From the IMG/VR virus record IMGVR_UViG_3300032269_001075, positions 1-42,288 of that record: a stretch of DNA of 42,288 nt, one strand, 5' to 3'. How positions within the stretch are numbered: position 1 is the first letter of the stretch; each line of letters starts with the position of its first letter. This stretch comes from a virus. Lineage: Duplodnaviria; Caudoviricetes. Shown in pieces: positions 1-11,203 of the stretch. A program made the position numbers and the translations under genes. Under the pieces are notes generated by a model. The model saw only the letters and a list, made by a program, of their open reading frames with translations, made no database searches and was not told the DNA's origin.

Positions 1-123
1 AGTTTCTAAGTCAGAAATTCTTTTAATACCATCGGCAGTTTCCCTTGATAAAATATTATCATTTAAATCTGAAGCATATCTATCTATCCCACTCCTTATA
101 CCGCTAACCCTAGCAGAAGCTAA
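1..123. repeat. Terminal overlap identical to 42166-42288 (circular assembly; unique length 42,165 bp)
   Basis: agtttctaagtcag...gcagaagctaa occurs at both ends, and a minus-strand ORF continues in frame across the join. Confidence 0.97.
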
Positions 124-777
124 GTATCTATTATTTATATCAGTTTGTTCTGTAACCATTTTATCAAATCTTGAGTTAATTGAATCAATCATAGCTTGAG
201 TATTTTCGTCAAGACCAGCCTTTGTAGAATCTAGTATTTCTTGGGCTTTAGCAGTTTGGTTTTTTAATGAAATATTAGCATTTTCAATTTCAGCAGATAT
301 TCCACTGTTATTTGTTGTTGTGTTTTGATTATCTGAAGTATTAATAGGTTTTAAACTATTTTGGTTATTTACTTCAGTAGGAGTCAAACTCCCATCTGGG
401 TTTTTATTGTATCTTACAGTTGATGTTGTACCATCAGACAAAGTATTTGTAGTTGTCCCATCAGGATTATCTTTATAGGAAACCACGTTTACAGAACTTT
501 GTTTTGGGATAATATTATTAGCATTATTTAAATTTGTTACAGCGTTATTATAAGCCTTATTTGCTGTTTCAGAAGTTACAACAGATGGTTGCTGAAAAGT
601 TGGTATGGTTAAATCTTGCCCAGCAAAAATCATATTTTTGTTTGTAATGTTAGGATTTAACTTCATTAAATTATCTACATTGGTACCATATTTATTTGCA
701 TAATATGACAAAGTACCTTGGCCTGTGACTGATGAATATGGGTCTATTTTTATTTTTGTAGTTGATGTAGGGTTCAT
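1..777 (-). CDS. N-terminal part of a LysM-domain virion/ejection protein; continues across the circular join to 41353 (about 529 aa total)
   Basis: ATG at 777; GTLSYYANKYGTNVDNLMKLNPNITNKNMIFAGQDLTIP is LysM-like; in frame with ORF 41353..41922 after circularisation. Confidence 0.8.
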   Translation of the reverse strand, partial: MNPTSTTKIKIDPYSSVTGQGTLSYYANKYGTNVDNLMKLNPNITNKNMIFAGQDLTIPTFQQPSVVTSETANKAYNNAVTNLNNANNIIPKQSSVNVVSYKDNPDGTTTNTLSDGTTSTVRYNKNPDGSLTPTEVNNQNSLKPINTSDNQNTTTNNSGISAEIENANISLKNQTAKAQEILDSTKAGLDENTQAMIDSINSRFDKMVTEQTDINNRYLASARVSGIRSGIDRYASDLNDNILSRETADGIKRISDLET

Positions 778-778
778 G

Positions 779-2755
779 TTATTTAATCATTTTAATTGAT
801 AAATATCCTGTATTTGCGTTTGCAGTACCATTAAGGGTTGCAGTACCATTTGTGATTCTAAATGTTATAGTTGTTGAAGTTATAGATAATATTGCAAAAG
901 GTATAGAAGCATAAAGATTAGGAGTTACCCCAGCGATTCTCATTGTGTTAGATAATTTACACACCCCAATTGAACCATTATTTTCATCGTATGATGACAT
1001 GGTACAAATTATATTACTATTCAATATGGCACCTGTAGAATTGTTAACAATAAAATCACCAGACGATATTGCTGTAACGACAGATAGCCAGTCTGAGATT
1101 GCTATAGCTTGTATTGATATTTTACTTGGAATGAAACCTAAATCGTGAGTAAAAACTACATCTTTAGTCCCAGATGCAGTAAGTACAGTCTGAGTAAGTT
1201 TCAAACTAAAATAGTTAATATCAGTGGTTTTATATATACCACTTGACATATAAGGCAAGCCTATTGTACCAGTACTATCCGTCACTGGTACCTTACCAAT
1301 AGGCAAATTATTTATTTTAAAATACAAATCTTTTGTTTGGCTCTCTCAACCATCTGTAGTATTTCAATGTTTAAGACCACCATTTGTGTAAGCATTGCTA
1401 TTTATAGCTCTAAATTTTCAAAGATTTGTATTATCTAAAACAGAAGTTGAAAGAACAAGTCAATACTTTTTAGTAATGTCAAGTCCTAATAATGCACTTG
1501 ATAAAGTAAAAGTTATTTCTGTATTATTTGAGAGAGCATTGTATGCTGTTGATGTTATTGTAACAGTAGCAAGAGATGTTGTACTTGGGATTGTCTCAGC
1601 TGAACCACCAGCATTATCCTGATAAATATTTAGTATTACATTCCCAGTCACTGTGCCGACAGCAGTACCTTTTTTAAATATTACACTTGAAATATTATCA
1701 CTTACAGGGATAAATGTTTGTGCAATTTTAACTTTTTGAGTTGTAATATCTGTTTGCCCTAAAGTATAGTCTTGGTCTTCTGTGATTTGAGATATTCTTT
1801 GTGTTGAAACATTAATAAGGTCTTTTGTTAAAACAGGGTTTGTAGTAGAAAGTGTGGCTGGGTAACTATTTGATAATCCTAATTTTTCATTATTTAAAAG
1901 TTTTACAGAATTAGAATCAAATAAAATTTCTGTAGTAGAAAAAGCCATACCAATTTGATAAGAATTTGTCCCTGCAGTGTTAGAGACAGCCCCAGTATCT
2001 GAAACATAAACTGGCCCAATAGTAAGCCCACTAAACCCAGACATATAGCCATATAAGAAAACTCCATTAGGGATTAAGTTATTTGCTGTAATTGTACCTT
2101 TTGCTAAACCTAAAATTTTTCCATTAAATGTAGTTTCATTACTAGCTAAAGATTTAAATCACTTGCCAGTCGTCTGGTCTAAATATACAATATTATTTAA
2201 AGTTATGTTTTCTCCAGCTGTACCTTTTATGGTATTGCCACCAACATAAGTTGCACCACCAAGAGCAGCTCTTAAGAGTTGCCCCACAGTTACCAACTCT
2301 TCAGATACAGTAGAATCAGAGTCAAGGTTCAACTTAGGTCTTTGATTATAAGTATAAATACCATTGATAGACTCGTCATTTTCTTTATTTAAAAAAGACT
2401 CATAAAATGGTGTAGAGTTAGAAAGTATAACTGTTACAAAAGCTGAGTGTGTTGTTATAGAGGCTGTATCAGAATCATAAGGGTATACCATACTTCTACC
2501 TCTTACTGCCCCAGTCAATGTAGCCGACCCATCAGAATTTTGTACTACACCAGTAAAAGTAATATTTTCTTCTTTCTTTGATGTCCCAGGCTCAACAACA
2601 ATAGCACCGATTTCTCCAAAATCTTCCATTGTTAGTTTATACACATCTCCATTTGGTTTTGTAATAGAAAAAGATACTAAATTTATTACACTATCACTAA
2701 TACCAAGAGGTGTTTTAAGTTGAAATTTTTGTGCTTGGACTATTCTTATACTCAT
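779..2755 (-). CDS. Tail/tail-fibre-like structural protein, 658 aa with TGA=Trp
   Basis: ORFs 2159..2755, 1460..2044 and 779..1327 share a frame and are separated by TGA (TKKY[W]LVL; KH[W]NTTDG[W]ESQTKDLYFKI); Thr/Ser/Gly-rich. Confidence 0.75.
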
Positions 2756-2766
2756 ATATTTTTTAT

Positions 2767-2783
2767 ATTATAGCATACTTTTT
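2767..2783 (-). promoter_or_regulatory. Extended -10 promoter motif AAAAAGTATGCTATAAT
   Basis: TG-n-TATAAT, 11 nt upstream of ATG 2755; identical 17-mer at 36330-36346. Confidence 0.7.
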
Positions 2784-2787
2784 ATGT

Positions 2788-4560
2788 CTATGTTTTTATA
2801 GAAACATCGTCATTTGGGGATAATCCTGCATTTGGACCATGGGATAAAAGTTCTCATTTTAAATCAATATCATTAGTATTAAAGATTATTTGAAATTCGT
2901 AAAACGAAATTTTTGGGACTGTTTGTTTTGTCCTAAATTTTGGAAAATTGGGAGACCCTGCAATTAAAGAACCAAAAGGCATTTTTGCTAAAGAATTTTT
3001 ACCTAAAGAGGCGTCTTCTTTAGATTCAAAAATTATAGCAGGGTTAGACATGTCTATTACCCTATTTTCAATTTCTCCTTTAGAACCTAAATAATCATAT
3101 TTATATGATACATTTATTTTTGCAGATTTTGTAGCATAACCCTCAATATAATATTCATTAAAATCTTTTTTTCAATCTCTTCTTCCAAAATTATTATAAG
3201 AAAATACAGCAACACAATTTATAGGATTGCCTAAATCGTCTGTAGAGTTTTCATCAAATATTTTATATGACTCATTTCCTGAATAAGAGTGTCCATAAAG
3301 TTTTCCTTTAATAATAGAAAAACAACTTATTGACATTCTTTGTGGTGGTTGTCAATAATTATTTTCATGGTCAAAAATCATCACTAGTGATTGTTTTGGA
3401 AATGTTATAAAAGATTGGTCTCTATAAAAAATCCCATTAGCGTCAGTCATATCTAAAGGATAAAAATCTTTTTTTACAGGGTCAGACAGTGGGCGAGATT
3501 GTGGGGTGTTTATATTTTCCACTCTCCCAAGCTGGTCTAAAACATTTTCATTAGAAACAAAAACAACAGAGTTTTTTATTTTCCAAATTAACTTATGAGT
3601 AATAGCCCCTTGCAATGGACCTGATTTTAACTTTTCTACAGTTAGTGCTTCTTTTAAATTGTCTGAAGACAAAGTAAAAACTGTTTGGTATCAATAACTT
3701 TTACCTGCAGATAGATATACAGCATCTTCATGTGAAACCATTCCGCTTCCATAACCATCAAGATTTAATAACGCTCCCTCTCCAGGAAGTCTACCAGCAG
3801 TGGTTCATGTGAAATCATTATAGTTTGTATTTTTAGAAACATAAGCATTTCTACTTGTTTTACTTTGAACATATATTTGATTTTTATGAACTAAAATAAA
3901 ATTAGCAAGTGCAGTAGAACTGACAGACAAAGCGGAGGTTTTAACTTTCTGAATTGCTAAATCATCTTGAGAAACATTCCCTATGGGAGATGGGGATACC
4001 CCAGTCAAAGTGGCTGTCCCCTCTCCCCCAGTATAAGCATATTCTATATTATTAATTAAAATAATCTTGTCCCTAGAAGCATAGAACCTATTTTCAGCTC
4101 ACGAAGTTGAACCTTGTTTTGTAATAGTAGTAGATGTTACTGAATCCACAACAGCGACACCACCGCTTCACTCAAATAAATTATTTGTGCCATTACAAAA
4201 CAAAAGAACATCTATTTTTTCTGTATTATCTCATCACTCTGCAAAACAAAAGTCAACAGAAGTTAAAGACGATAAAATATCTACTCAAACGTCGTTGTTT
4301 AAAAGTTGTAGTTTTTCACCATAACATCTCAAGTTTAACTCTCCACCAGTATTATTACTTCAGTCATAAGAGGAAACTATTTTTGAGTCAGAATCTTTTT
4401 CTCCCCCCAATAAAGAAATACCACCTCTTGATACAACTTTTTCTCCAGCATTTACTAAAACATTTTGTGAGCCTGTAACTAAAAAACGATAATCAACATT
4501 TGTTATATCTTTTTTTGTTTGGTAACCATAATATTCTGATAGCAATTTAGATTCTTTCAT
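2788..4560 (-). CDS. Putative tail nozzle / DNA-stabilisation protein (P22 gp10 or T7 gp12 position), 590 aa with TGA=Trp
   Basis: Four track ORFs (4360..4560, 3805..4008, 3352..3672, 2854..3051) are in frame and joined by TGA; TAG stop at 2788; function inferred from size and synteny only. Confidence 0.65.
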
Positions 4561-4578
4561 ATTATTTTTGATTAAGTA

Positions 4579-5772
4579 TTATTTTCTGAATCTATAATAA
4601 TTAGACCTTTTTGCTTTATTTTCTGTAGGGTATTTTAATTTGTATTTTTTAATAGCGTCATTACTTTCTTTCTCAAAAAATGGTAAATCAATTTTTGAAT
4701 CTTCCCCTTGTAACTCTTGTGCTAAGAGTTTACAAAGTTCATAAAGAATTACATTTATAGAGTCTTTTCCTAACATAATAACGTCAGAATCTTTTGTTGG
4801 ATAATCTTTAAGTTCTCCAGTATCAGCATCTATTAAATAACAATTAGAGTAGTATTTAATTGAATATTTTACTCCGCTTCTTACCACAAACTCATCTATA
4901 TTTATATAAGATGTAGAATCTATTTTTGTATTATCTACATTAAAAATAAAAGTAAAAAAATAAGTTTGTTCTGGAAAAGGATTATTATATAAATCAAATC
5001 TTACAAGTTGATAACCTGGTATAAATTTAGAAAAGTTATGGGGGGTATTAGCTGTCAAAGTATAGTATTGTAAATCATTAGCACCAAATACTTTTAACTT
5101 TATACTTTGTACTGGTGTATCATTAGAATTTATAGACTTTGGGAGTTTAATTCATACAAAAAAAGAACCCCCATTAAAATATGGTGAAAAGTCAAAAACT
5201 CCATCTATCTGATAATTAACAGTCCTTGTTGTTGGTTTTGAAACTTGGGTACTATTAATATTAAATTTTAAACTATAGTCAGAAGCAATAGTTTCAAAAT
5301 TGTCTAAAGAAAATCCTCCCTCAATGTCGGAATTATCGTTAGTAATTCCTAATAAACTATCAAAAGAATTTATTAAAAGTTTTTTCTGACTATCGCTATC
5401 TAAATTTATATTTAAATATTTTAGACCATTTAAATAATCTACAGAAAAAGTGTAATCAGTATTGTTTAAAGCAATGTCTTCTTCACTTGTTTTAGAAAAC
5501 CTATCCACAGTATCAGAGTAAGTTGGTCTAATAGATATAATTCTATCTCCATTAATATCGTCAGGTGCAAGATAAGTGTCTATGTCGTCATAAACAGCAT
5601 TTACAAGGTCATACTTTTTTTGCAATTCTTTTAAATCTACTTCTAATAAAATATTTCTTAAAGCTTCATCAATTTTTTCATAAATACTTCCTGCAAATTT
5701 ATTTGTAGAAGCATCATGAAATTTACCTGGGAGAGAACTTATTAAGTCTGAAATTGTATATTGTTTTGACAT
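4579..5772 (-). CDS. Putative head-tail adaptor / tail tubular protein, 397 aa
   Basis: 5152..5835 and 4579..5058 are in frame across TGA at 5152-5154; ATG 5772; directly downstream of the capsid gene. Confidence 0.6.
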
Positions 5773-5825
5773 ATTTTTTTTTCTTATTAAGAAGAGACAG
5801 AATATTTGGCGTCCCACATATTCTG

Positions 5826-5847
5826 TCTCCTCCAAACAAGGAGGAGA
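5826..5847 (-). terminator. Hairpin downstream of the major capsid gene
   Basis: tctcctcc-aaacaa-ggaggaga inverted repeat; no strong U-tract. Confidence 0.4.
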
Positions 5848-5866
5848 AGCTTAAAAAATGTTAAGA

Positions 5867-6799
5867 CTATGCAGTTCCGTCAGAACCGACAACATCAACA
5901 TAATCCAAAGCTCCAATAACTTCTCTAAATCCACCTTTGTAGATATAGTTATTGTTTCTTTGATATTTTCAATCAACGACAGTTGTCCAAATAGCTTCAC
6001 GAACTCAACGATTGATAGAGTGGTTTCTACCAAGCAAGAACCAAGCTGTATCTGAACCTCCTGAGGCAAGACCCAAATAAGGAGAAGTTAAAACTTCTAA
6101 TTGGTATATATCTGAATAGACGTTTGCATCATTATTTGGTGTTCCTGACCTAAGAGTTGATTTTGTGATTTCACAAGCAAGCTTATAAATTCTTGGAGGA
6201 ACCAAAAGAGTCGCAGGGACTGAACCTGTCACTACACCATCTTGAGCTTTCATTTCTGCAAGCAAAACAATAGCGTTATTTAGTGAAACTTCAGTAAGGG
6301 CTGTGGTTAACTTATTTGTAATAGTGTCGCCATTAAGATTTTTATGAGCTGACGATACTAATGCTGCACCATCATTTGTTTTGAATACAGTAGTAGTAAA
6401 AGCATTTCTAAAAATACCAAAAGCGTTTCTATCTCTAGTTTTTATAGCATTTATTGCCATATCTTTAACTAGTTTATTAACAACACCGAACTTAGCATCA
6501 GCCTGGAATGTCCTAGGGACATCAATAGACTTTGCAAATTCTGAAACATAAAACACTTGGTTATTTCCAACCTGAACTGAACCAGTAGGGACATCTTGTT
6601 CTTCCCCTTTATTTTCTCAAAGACCTGAGCCTTTGAATATTTCAGTAATAACTGCTGAAGAATCTGCTGTTTCTTGGTTAAAAACAGATGGTGTTAGAGC
6701 TGTAGCTCTACCAGGGATATTTTGAGTATCAAAATTTTGCTGGAACACCATGTCAAGAGCGGTTTTTACTACATTTGGATTTAAATTACTTGTAGACAT
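5867..6799 (-). CDS. Major capsid protein (Mu gpT-like), 310 aa with TGA=Trp
   Basis: 6617..6799 and 6005..6556 are in frame across TGA and extend to TAG at 5867; motifs PATLLVPP, SDTAWFLL, YKGGFREVIGALDY. Confidence 0.85.
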
Positions 6800-6827
6800 A
6801 AGTTTAAATTAAGTTTTATTAATAAGA

Positions 6828-7307
6828 TTAGTTGTTATAAATAATGGAGTCTCTGAACTCAAAAACAACTTTACCATTTGCGGTTATAGATTTAATAATA
6901 ATTCCATTAGTAGAAGCATCAGTGTCGTTTTCTATTATAGAATAAACTCCTGAAGTTAAATCTAGTCTAACTCTTCTTTTTTCTCTTGAAGCATTAAGAG
7001 TATCAGTCCCAATGTTTGCTGGAGTTTTAGGGTTTATTTGGAACTCTACACCTTTAGTAAAATAGACATCAACAAAACCATCAAGTGCAGATGTATTTGT
7101 TGAGTCAGTAGCTGCGACACCAGCAACTATTGTAGATGTTGTTGGTTCACTAGTTGCCATGTTGATAACATAAGGAGAAGCGGCTGCAACTTGCTTTACA
7201 GGCTCACCAGCCTTTATAACAGTAGCAGAAGCCGCGACTCTTCATTTAAATGTTGGAACAGCACTTTTCCCACCTTGTGTGGAAATTGATATATCTCCTC
7301 TAGCCAT
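6828..7307 (-). CDS. Putative capsid cement/decoration protein, 159 aa
   Basis: ATG 7307 (MARGDISI...TFK[W]RVAASATVIKAGEPV) reads through one TGA into ORF 6828..7160; lies between scaffold and capsid genes. Confidence 0.6.
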
Positions 7308-7341
7308 AAATTTATTTAAATTTAAAGATTAATTATTAATA

Positions 7342-8001
7342 TTAACCTTGATATTTATTAGGGTCAACACCGTATCTACTTAACAAGCTTTTTTCAGCAG
7401 GATTTAAATTTGCTGATGGTTGTTTTTTAAAGTCAGAATCAAATGTCTCTTTAGCTTGATTAGCACTTTCAGGAGAATTATTTTTTGAATTATTAATTTC
7501 TTTAATTACACTTTCAAGTTTTGGAGCATTTGCTATAGCTTTTGCTATTGTAAGGTCAGATTTTATACTTTCCCTATCAAGACCACTTTTAACAAGTTTA
7601 TTTTCATAATACTTTTTAATAAGGTCTTTTTCATCAGGGTTAGTACTTATAGAATCTAACTCTTCCTTTAAAACTTCGTGGATACGATACTGTCTATCAG
7701 ATTCAAATTCTTCTGCTACAGCTTTTTTGATTTTATCATCAACATCAGTGTCATCTCCACTTTTGTCTTCTAAACCATCATTAACTTTAACATCAGTCTT
7801 TATCTTCTGCTTTAAGTCTACAATTTTGTACTGAGCTTTTTCTAATTCACTTTTTTTATTATTAAGTTCTTTTTCAAAAGCTTCAGCACGTGCTTTGTAG
7901 TCAATAACCCCATCTTGGTTAACCTTTATTTCATTCTGGTTGTCTCCAGCTTCAGGAGTTTTGTCTCCTAGTGCGGTATTATTTAGATTTTCATCTGACA
8001 T
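7342..8001 (-). CDS. Capsid scaffolding protein
   Basis: Acidic N-terminus and coiled coil, 219 aa, between portal and capsid genes. Confidence 0.7.
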   Translation of the reverse strand: MSDENLNNTALGDKTPEAGDNQNEIKVNQDGVIDYKARAEAFEKELNNKKSELEKAQYKIVDLKQKIKTDVKVNDGLEDKSGDDTDVDDKIKKAVAEEFESDRQYRIHEVLKEELDSISTNPDEKDLIKKYYENKLVKSGLDRESIKSDLTIAKAIANAPKLESVIKEINNSKNNSPESANQAKETFDSDFKKQPSANLNPAEKSLLSRYGVDPNKYQG

Positions 8002-8008
8002 ATTTTAT

Positions 8009-8147
8009 ATGTATGCTTAAGGTGCATACAACCTTTATTATCACAATAACGCTTGTGCTGCTTATAAATGAAGATACTCGTGGGGTTCTTCGCAGATAAT
8101 TCTCTAGCACCGCACGATACTAGGAAATCATCTGCGAAAAATCTCAC
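8009..8147 (-). ncRNA. Structured leader (three hairpins) upstream of the scaffold gene
   Basis: Long imperfect stem of about 68 nt (ttcgcagat/atctgcgaa, ctagtatc/ggtgctag with G-U pairs on the minus strand) plus cacaa/ttgtg and tgtatgc/gcataca hairpins. Confidence 0.5.
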
Positions 8148-8149
8148 CA

Positions 8150-8542
8150 TTAACTTTCAAGTTTTTTATTTGCTAATTTAGCAATTTTTAACTTTAAAAC
8201 TTGTACTGCGAATAAAATTCCTTTTGCAAAATATAAATCATATTCATTGGTTGAATCACTATATAATTTTTTATGACCAACATAATCAACATCATTTAAT
8301 AGTGTTTGCAATAACTCATCTGACTCAAAGAACTTAGCTTCATTTATTATAGCATTTTTTTCTTCCTTTGTTAATATTTTACCATTGTGGATAAGTTCTG
8401 TATAGGACGGAATAATTTTTTTTGTGTTTATATCAATAGATTGTGAATATTTTTTTTCAATTAAATGTTCTGAATATTTAGATTTAAATAAATTGTCTGT
8501 TAAACCATTTAATATTATTTTTGATATTTTCTTTTTTAACAT
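8150..8542 (-). CDS. Hypothetical protein downstream of portal
   Basis: 130-aa ORF tightly packed in the operon, TAA stop. Confidence 0.7.
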   Translation of the reverse strand: MLKKKISKIILNGLTDNLFKSKYSEHLIEKKYSQSIDINTKKIIPSYTELIHNGKILTKEEKNAIINEAKFFESDELLQTLLNDVDYVGHKKLYSDSTNEYDLYFAKGILFAVQVLKLKIAKLANKKLES

Positions 8543-8546
8543 ATTT

Positions 8547-10574
8547 TTATTTAGACATTAAGTTTTTCATAGAACCTGAACCTGTAATTTGTCCAGTAAG
8601 ATTAGTATTTACTCCTTTTTGTGAAAACTGGTTTTTAACTTGACCAGCTACAGCGTCTCCAGCATTTTGACCTTGAGCTTGTTGTGGGGCTTGGGTTTTT
8701 GGCATATATTTATCTGTGTCTCCTGGTCTATAAACATTTAATAAGAAATCTTTTGTTACATTTTCCATAGCTGAAATGTCTTGGCTAATAACAGGGTTCT
8801 GTATAAGTCTGTCATAAGCTTCTAAGTTAAGAGCTTTTTCTAACGACTTACTTTCTCTTTGCATTACATCAGCCTTAACTTTAATTAAAAATTTTACTCT
8901 TCTAAAAATATCAACATTCACTTTGTATATTTTTACATTTCCACCAAGATTTTCTTCTTGGTCCATAATATCTAAAGACTGATTTAATAAATCTTCTTGT
9001 GTTGGAGTTGGTTTGTCGGCGTACTCATTTGTAAATTGGATTTTTTTAGAAATAGTTTTTCCATTATCAACTTTATTGTGGATTAAAACAGATTTAAATT
9101 TAATCCCAGCCCCATTAGTTGTGATTTCAGAAACATCTGCAGCTGTCATATACTGAAGTATATCTCCCACAATAAGATTCCCAGCGTCTTCTACAGCTCT
9201 TTTTATCATTTTACCAAAAAGACCTAACGCTGTTTCAGCATTTTGCTGAACTGTTTTTATTTCTTCAGCTGTCCTTTCTCCTGGTTGTATCATTCCTTGC
9301 TGGAAGTTATCTTGTGACGACTCATTAATTGACTTTTCAATTAATGCAATAGCTGTCATACCGGCTTGTAAATCACTTTTTGGTCCTAATGTTTCTACTT
9401 TTGACTCTGTATCTCTAAATTGGACACTGCTACCAGGTATCATTATTGAAGTATCAACTTCTTCGCTTCCGTAAATTGCTACAGGCGGCATAATCGCCAA
9501 GAAAGAACCATCTATTATCATGTTGTACATAATATCTATAAGGTCTTGGTCATTTGCTAATTTATTTACTGCCGATTTATAATAAAAACAATTTCCATTA
9601 TTTAAAAACTCATATCCAGTAGAAATAAAACCATAACGTTTATCTTTTCTTCTAATTGGGGCATCAGGGTTTGTAACTAATATTCCATTTATAAAAACTA
9701 TTTCTAAATCTAAATATCTATTGTAATAAGTTACAATTTCACAAGTAGTATTATTTATATCAGGGTCTGGGACATCATAAAAAGTATTTGTTACCGCATC
9801 AAACATTGTCCTGCACCCAGGAGAAACATATTTAAAATTTTTATGATTTCCATATTTTGCACGAGCTAAGTCAAAATCAATAGCCTGTCTTAATGAAATA
9901 GACTTTTGTCTTTGAATATTATTTTCTCTAAAGTTGCTAATATATAACTCATTTACCATTACATTATTTTGCAAAAAACCGCTCATGTACTCATCAAGGA
10001 CTTCTTTTATTGTGTAACTCCCATCATCTTTCATTTCTTTAATTTTTCTCATCGTCTCTGCATATTCAACTTTCATTATTGAAACAGGGTCTGTTAAAGC
10101 GGCTAAAACCATTTTAATAAAATTTATAGAGTATTCGCTATTGTCCATCACCCACTCCATAATGTCAGCCATAACAACTTTAGCAGCTTTATCTTCTTCA
10201 TCTCTGTCATTTTGTGCAAAAATTTCAGGGTATATAATAGAAGCTGTGACATGTGCAGCGATAGAAATAATTTTATTTCTTGTAAGTGGTCTAACAGTAT
10301 TACTTCTTCATGACTCTTCAGGTGACTCACTTTTTTGTTCAACAAAAGAATTAAATCTTTTTTGATTATAATCTGTTTCTTCCAAAACACTTCTTCCATT
10401 ATAAAAATCTCTACCAGTCGTCATTATCTCACGACCAACCATCATATCTTGCTGACATAAATTTAAAACCATTTTTTCTTCTTGTGTAGGGATTCATTGA
10501 GAAGCAGAAGCCCCATCAGGGATATTAGTATCTTTATTCCTATTTTGAATTAAATCTTCTAATCTTTTATACAT
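8547..10574 (-). CDS. Portal protein (P22-like size), 675 aa with TGA=Trp
   Basis: ORF 8547..10172 extends upstream through TGA codons (SQ[W]NPT, ES[W]RSNTVRPLTRNK) to ATG 10574; ERTAEEI motif; lies after the terminase. Confidence 0.85.
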
Positions 10575-10578
10575 AAAT

Positions 10579-10755
10579 TTAATATTTTTTTGAATAAGAT
10601 TTTATTTTTTTTGGCTCATCAAGTTTTTTTATTTTTGTACTTGGTAATTTAACTTTAGAATGGAAATTAACTTTTCCAACAAGAGTGTCTTTAGGGATTG
10701 TTACTTTTATTGAAGTAGATGTATTTTTTATTTTAATAGACTTTACTTTTGACAT
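10579..10755 (-). CDS. Small Lys-rich basic protein, 58 aa
   Basis: ATG 10755, 6 nt after the extended -10 motif; TAA at 10579; fills the gap before portal. Confidence 0.55.
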   Translation of the reverse strand: MSKVKSIKIKNTSTSIKVTIPKDTLVGKVNFHSKVKLPSTKIKKLDEPKKIKSYSKKY

Positions 10756-10761
10756 ATTTTT

Positions 10762-10777
10762 ATTATAGCATACTTTT
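10762..10777 (-). promoter_or_regulatory. Extended -10 motif AAAAGTATGCTATAAT
   Basis: Same motif as 2767-2783; overlaps the stop codon of the upstream gene. Confidence 0.65.
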
Positions 10778-11203
10778 AGAATACGAATATAACTCTTCTA
10801 TTATAAAACCATTTAAATAAGCAAAAGTTTCTTTATAGCCTGCACTTTTATTTGCACATATCCCAGCTTTTTCTAAAACATACTGAGTAAGATGTGTCGC
10901 CTCATGAGCAATAGTATTTATATTAACACTTTTAATAGTTAAAATATATCCCACAGGGCAATCAATAAACAATGTCCCACTTGTTGTTTCTTTTATTTGT
11001 GTTTCTTTTATAGTTTTTACAATATAATCTTCCATTTTTTTATAGTGTTCAACTTTTATTTTCTTTTTTGCTTTTCTCCATAAATAAAGAGCATCATTTA
11101 AATTCCCATTTATAACGACAAAAACGCCCTGATTATAAATTGGGATTGAAAGTATATAATATTTTGAATCATTTTTTTTATTTTCTTGTTTTGCCATATC
11201 CAT
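10763..11203 (-). CDS. Hypothetical protein with HExxH zincin-like motif
   Basis: TIAHEATH followed by ETFAYL. Confidence 0.65.
   Translation of the reverse strand: MDMAKQENKKNDSKYYILSIPIYNQGVFVVINGNLNDALYLWRKAKKKIKVEHYKKMEDYIVKTIKETQIKETTSGTLFIDCPVGYILTIKSVNINTIAHEATHLTQYVLEKAGICANKSAGYKETFAYLNGFIIEELYSYSKSML

Noticed and set aside
1-123. Biological terminal repeat
   Set aside because: It lies mid-gene and has the size of an assembler overlap, so it shows circularity rather than physical ends.
8040-8147. Possible suppressor tRNA
   Set aside because: It forms one long hairpin with no cloverleaf or TTC T-loop; no tRNA was recognised anywhere by eye.
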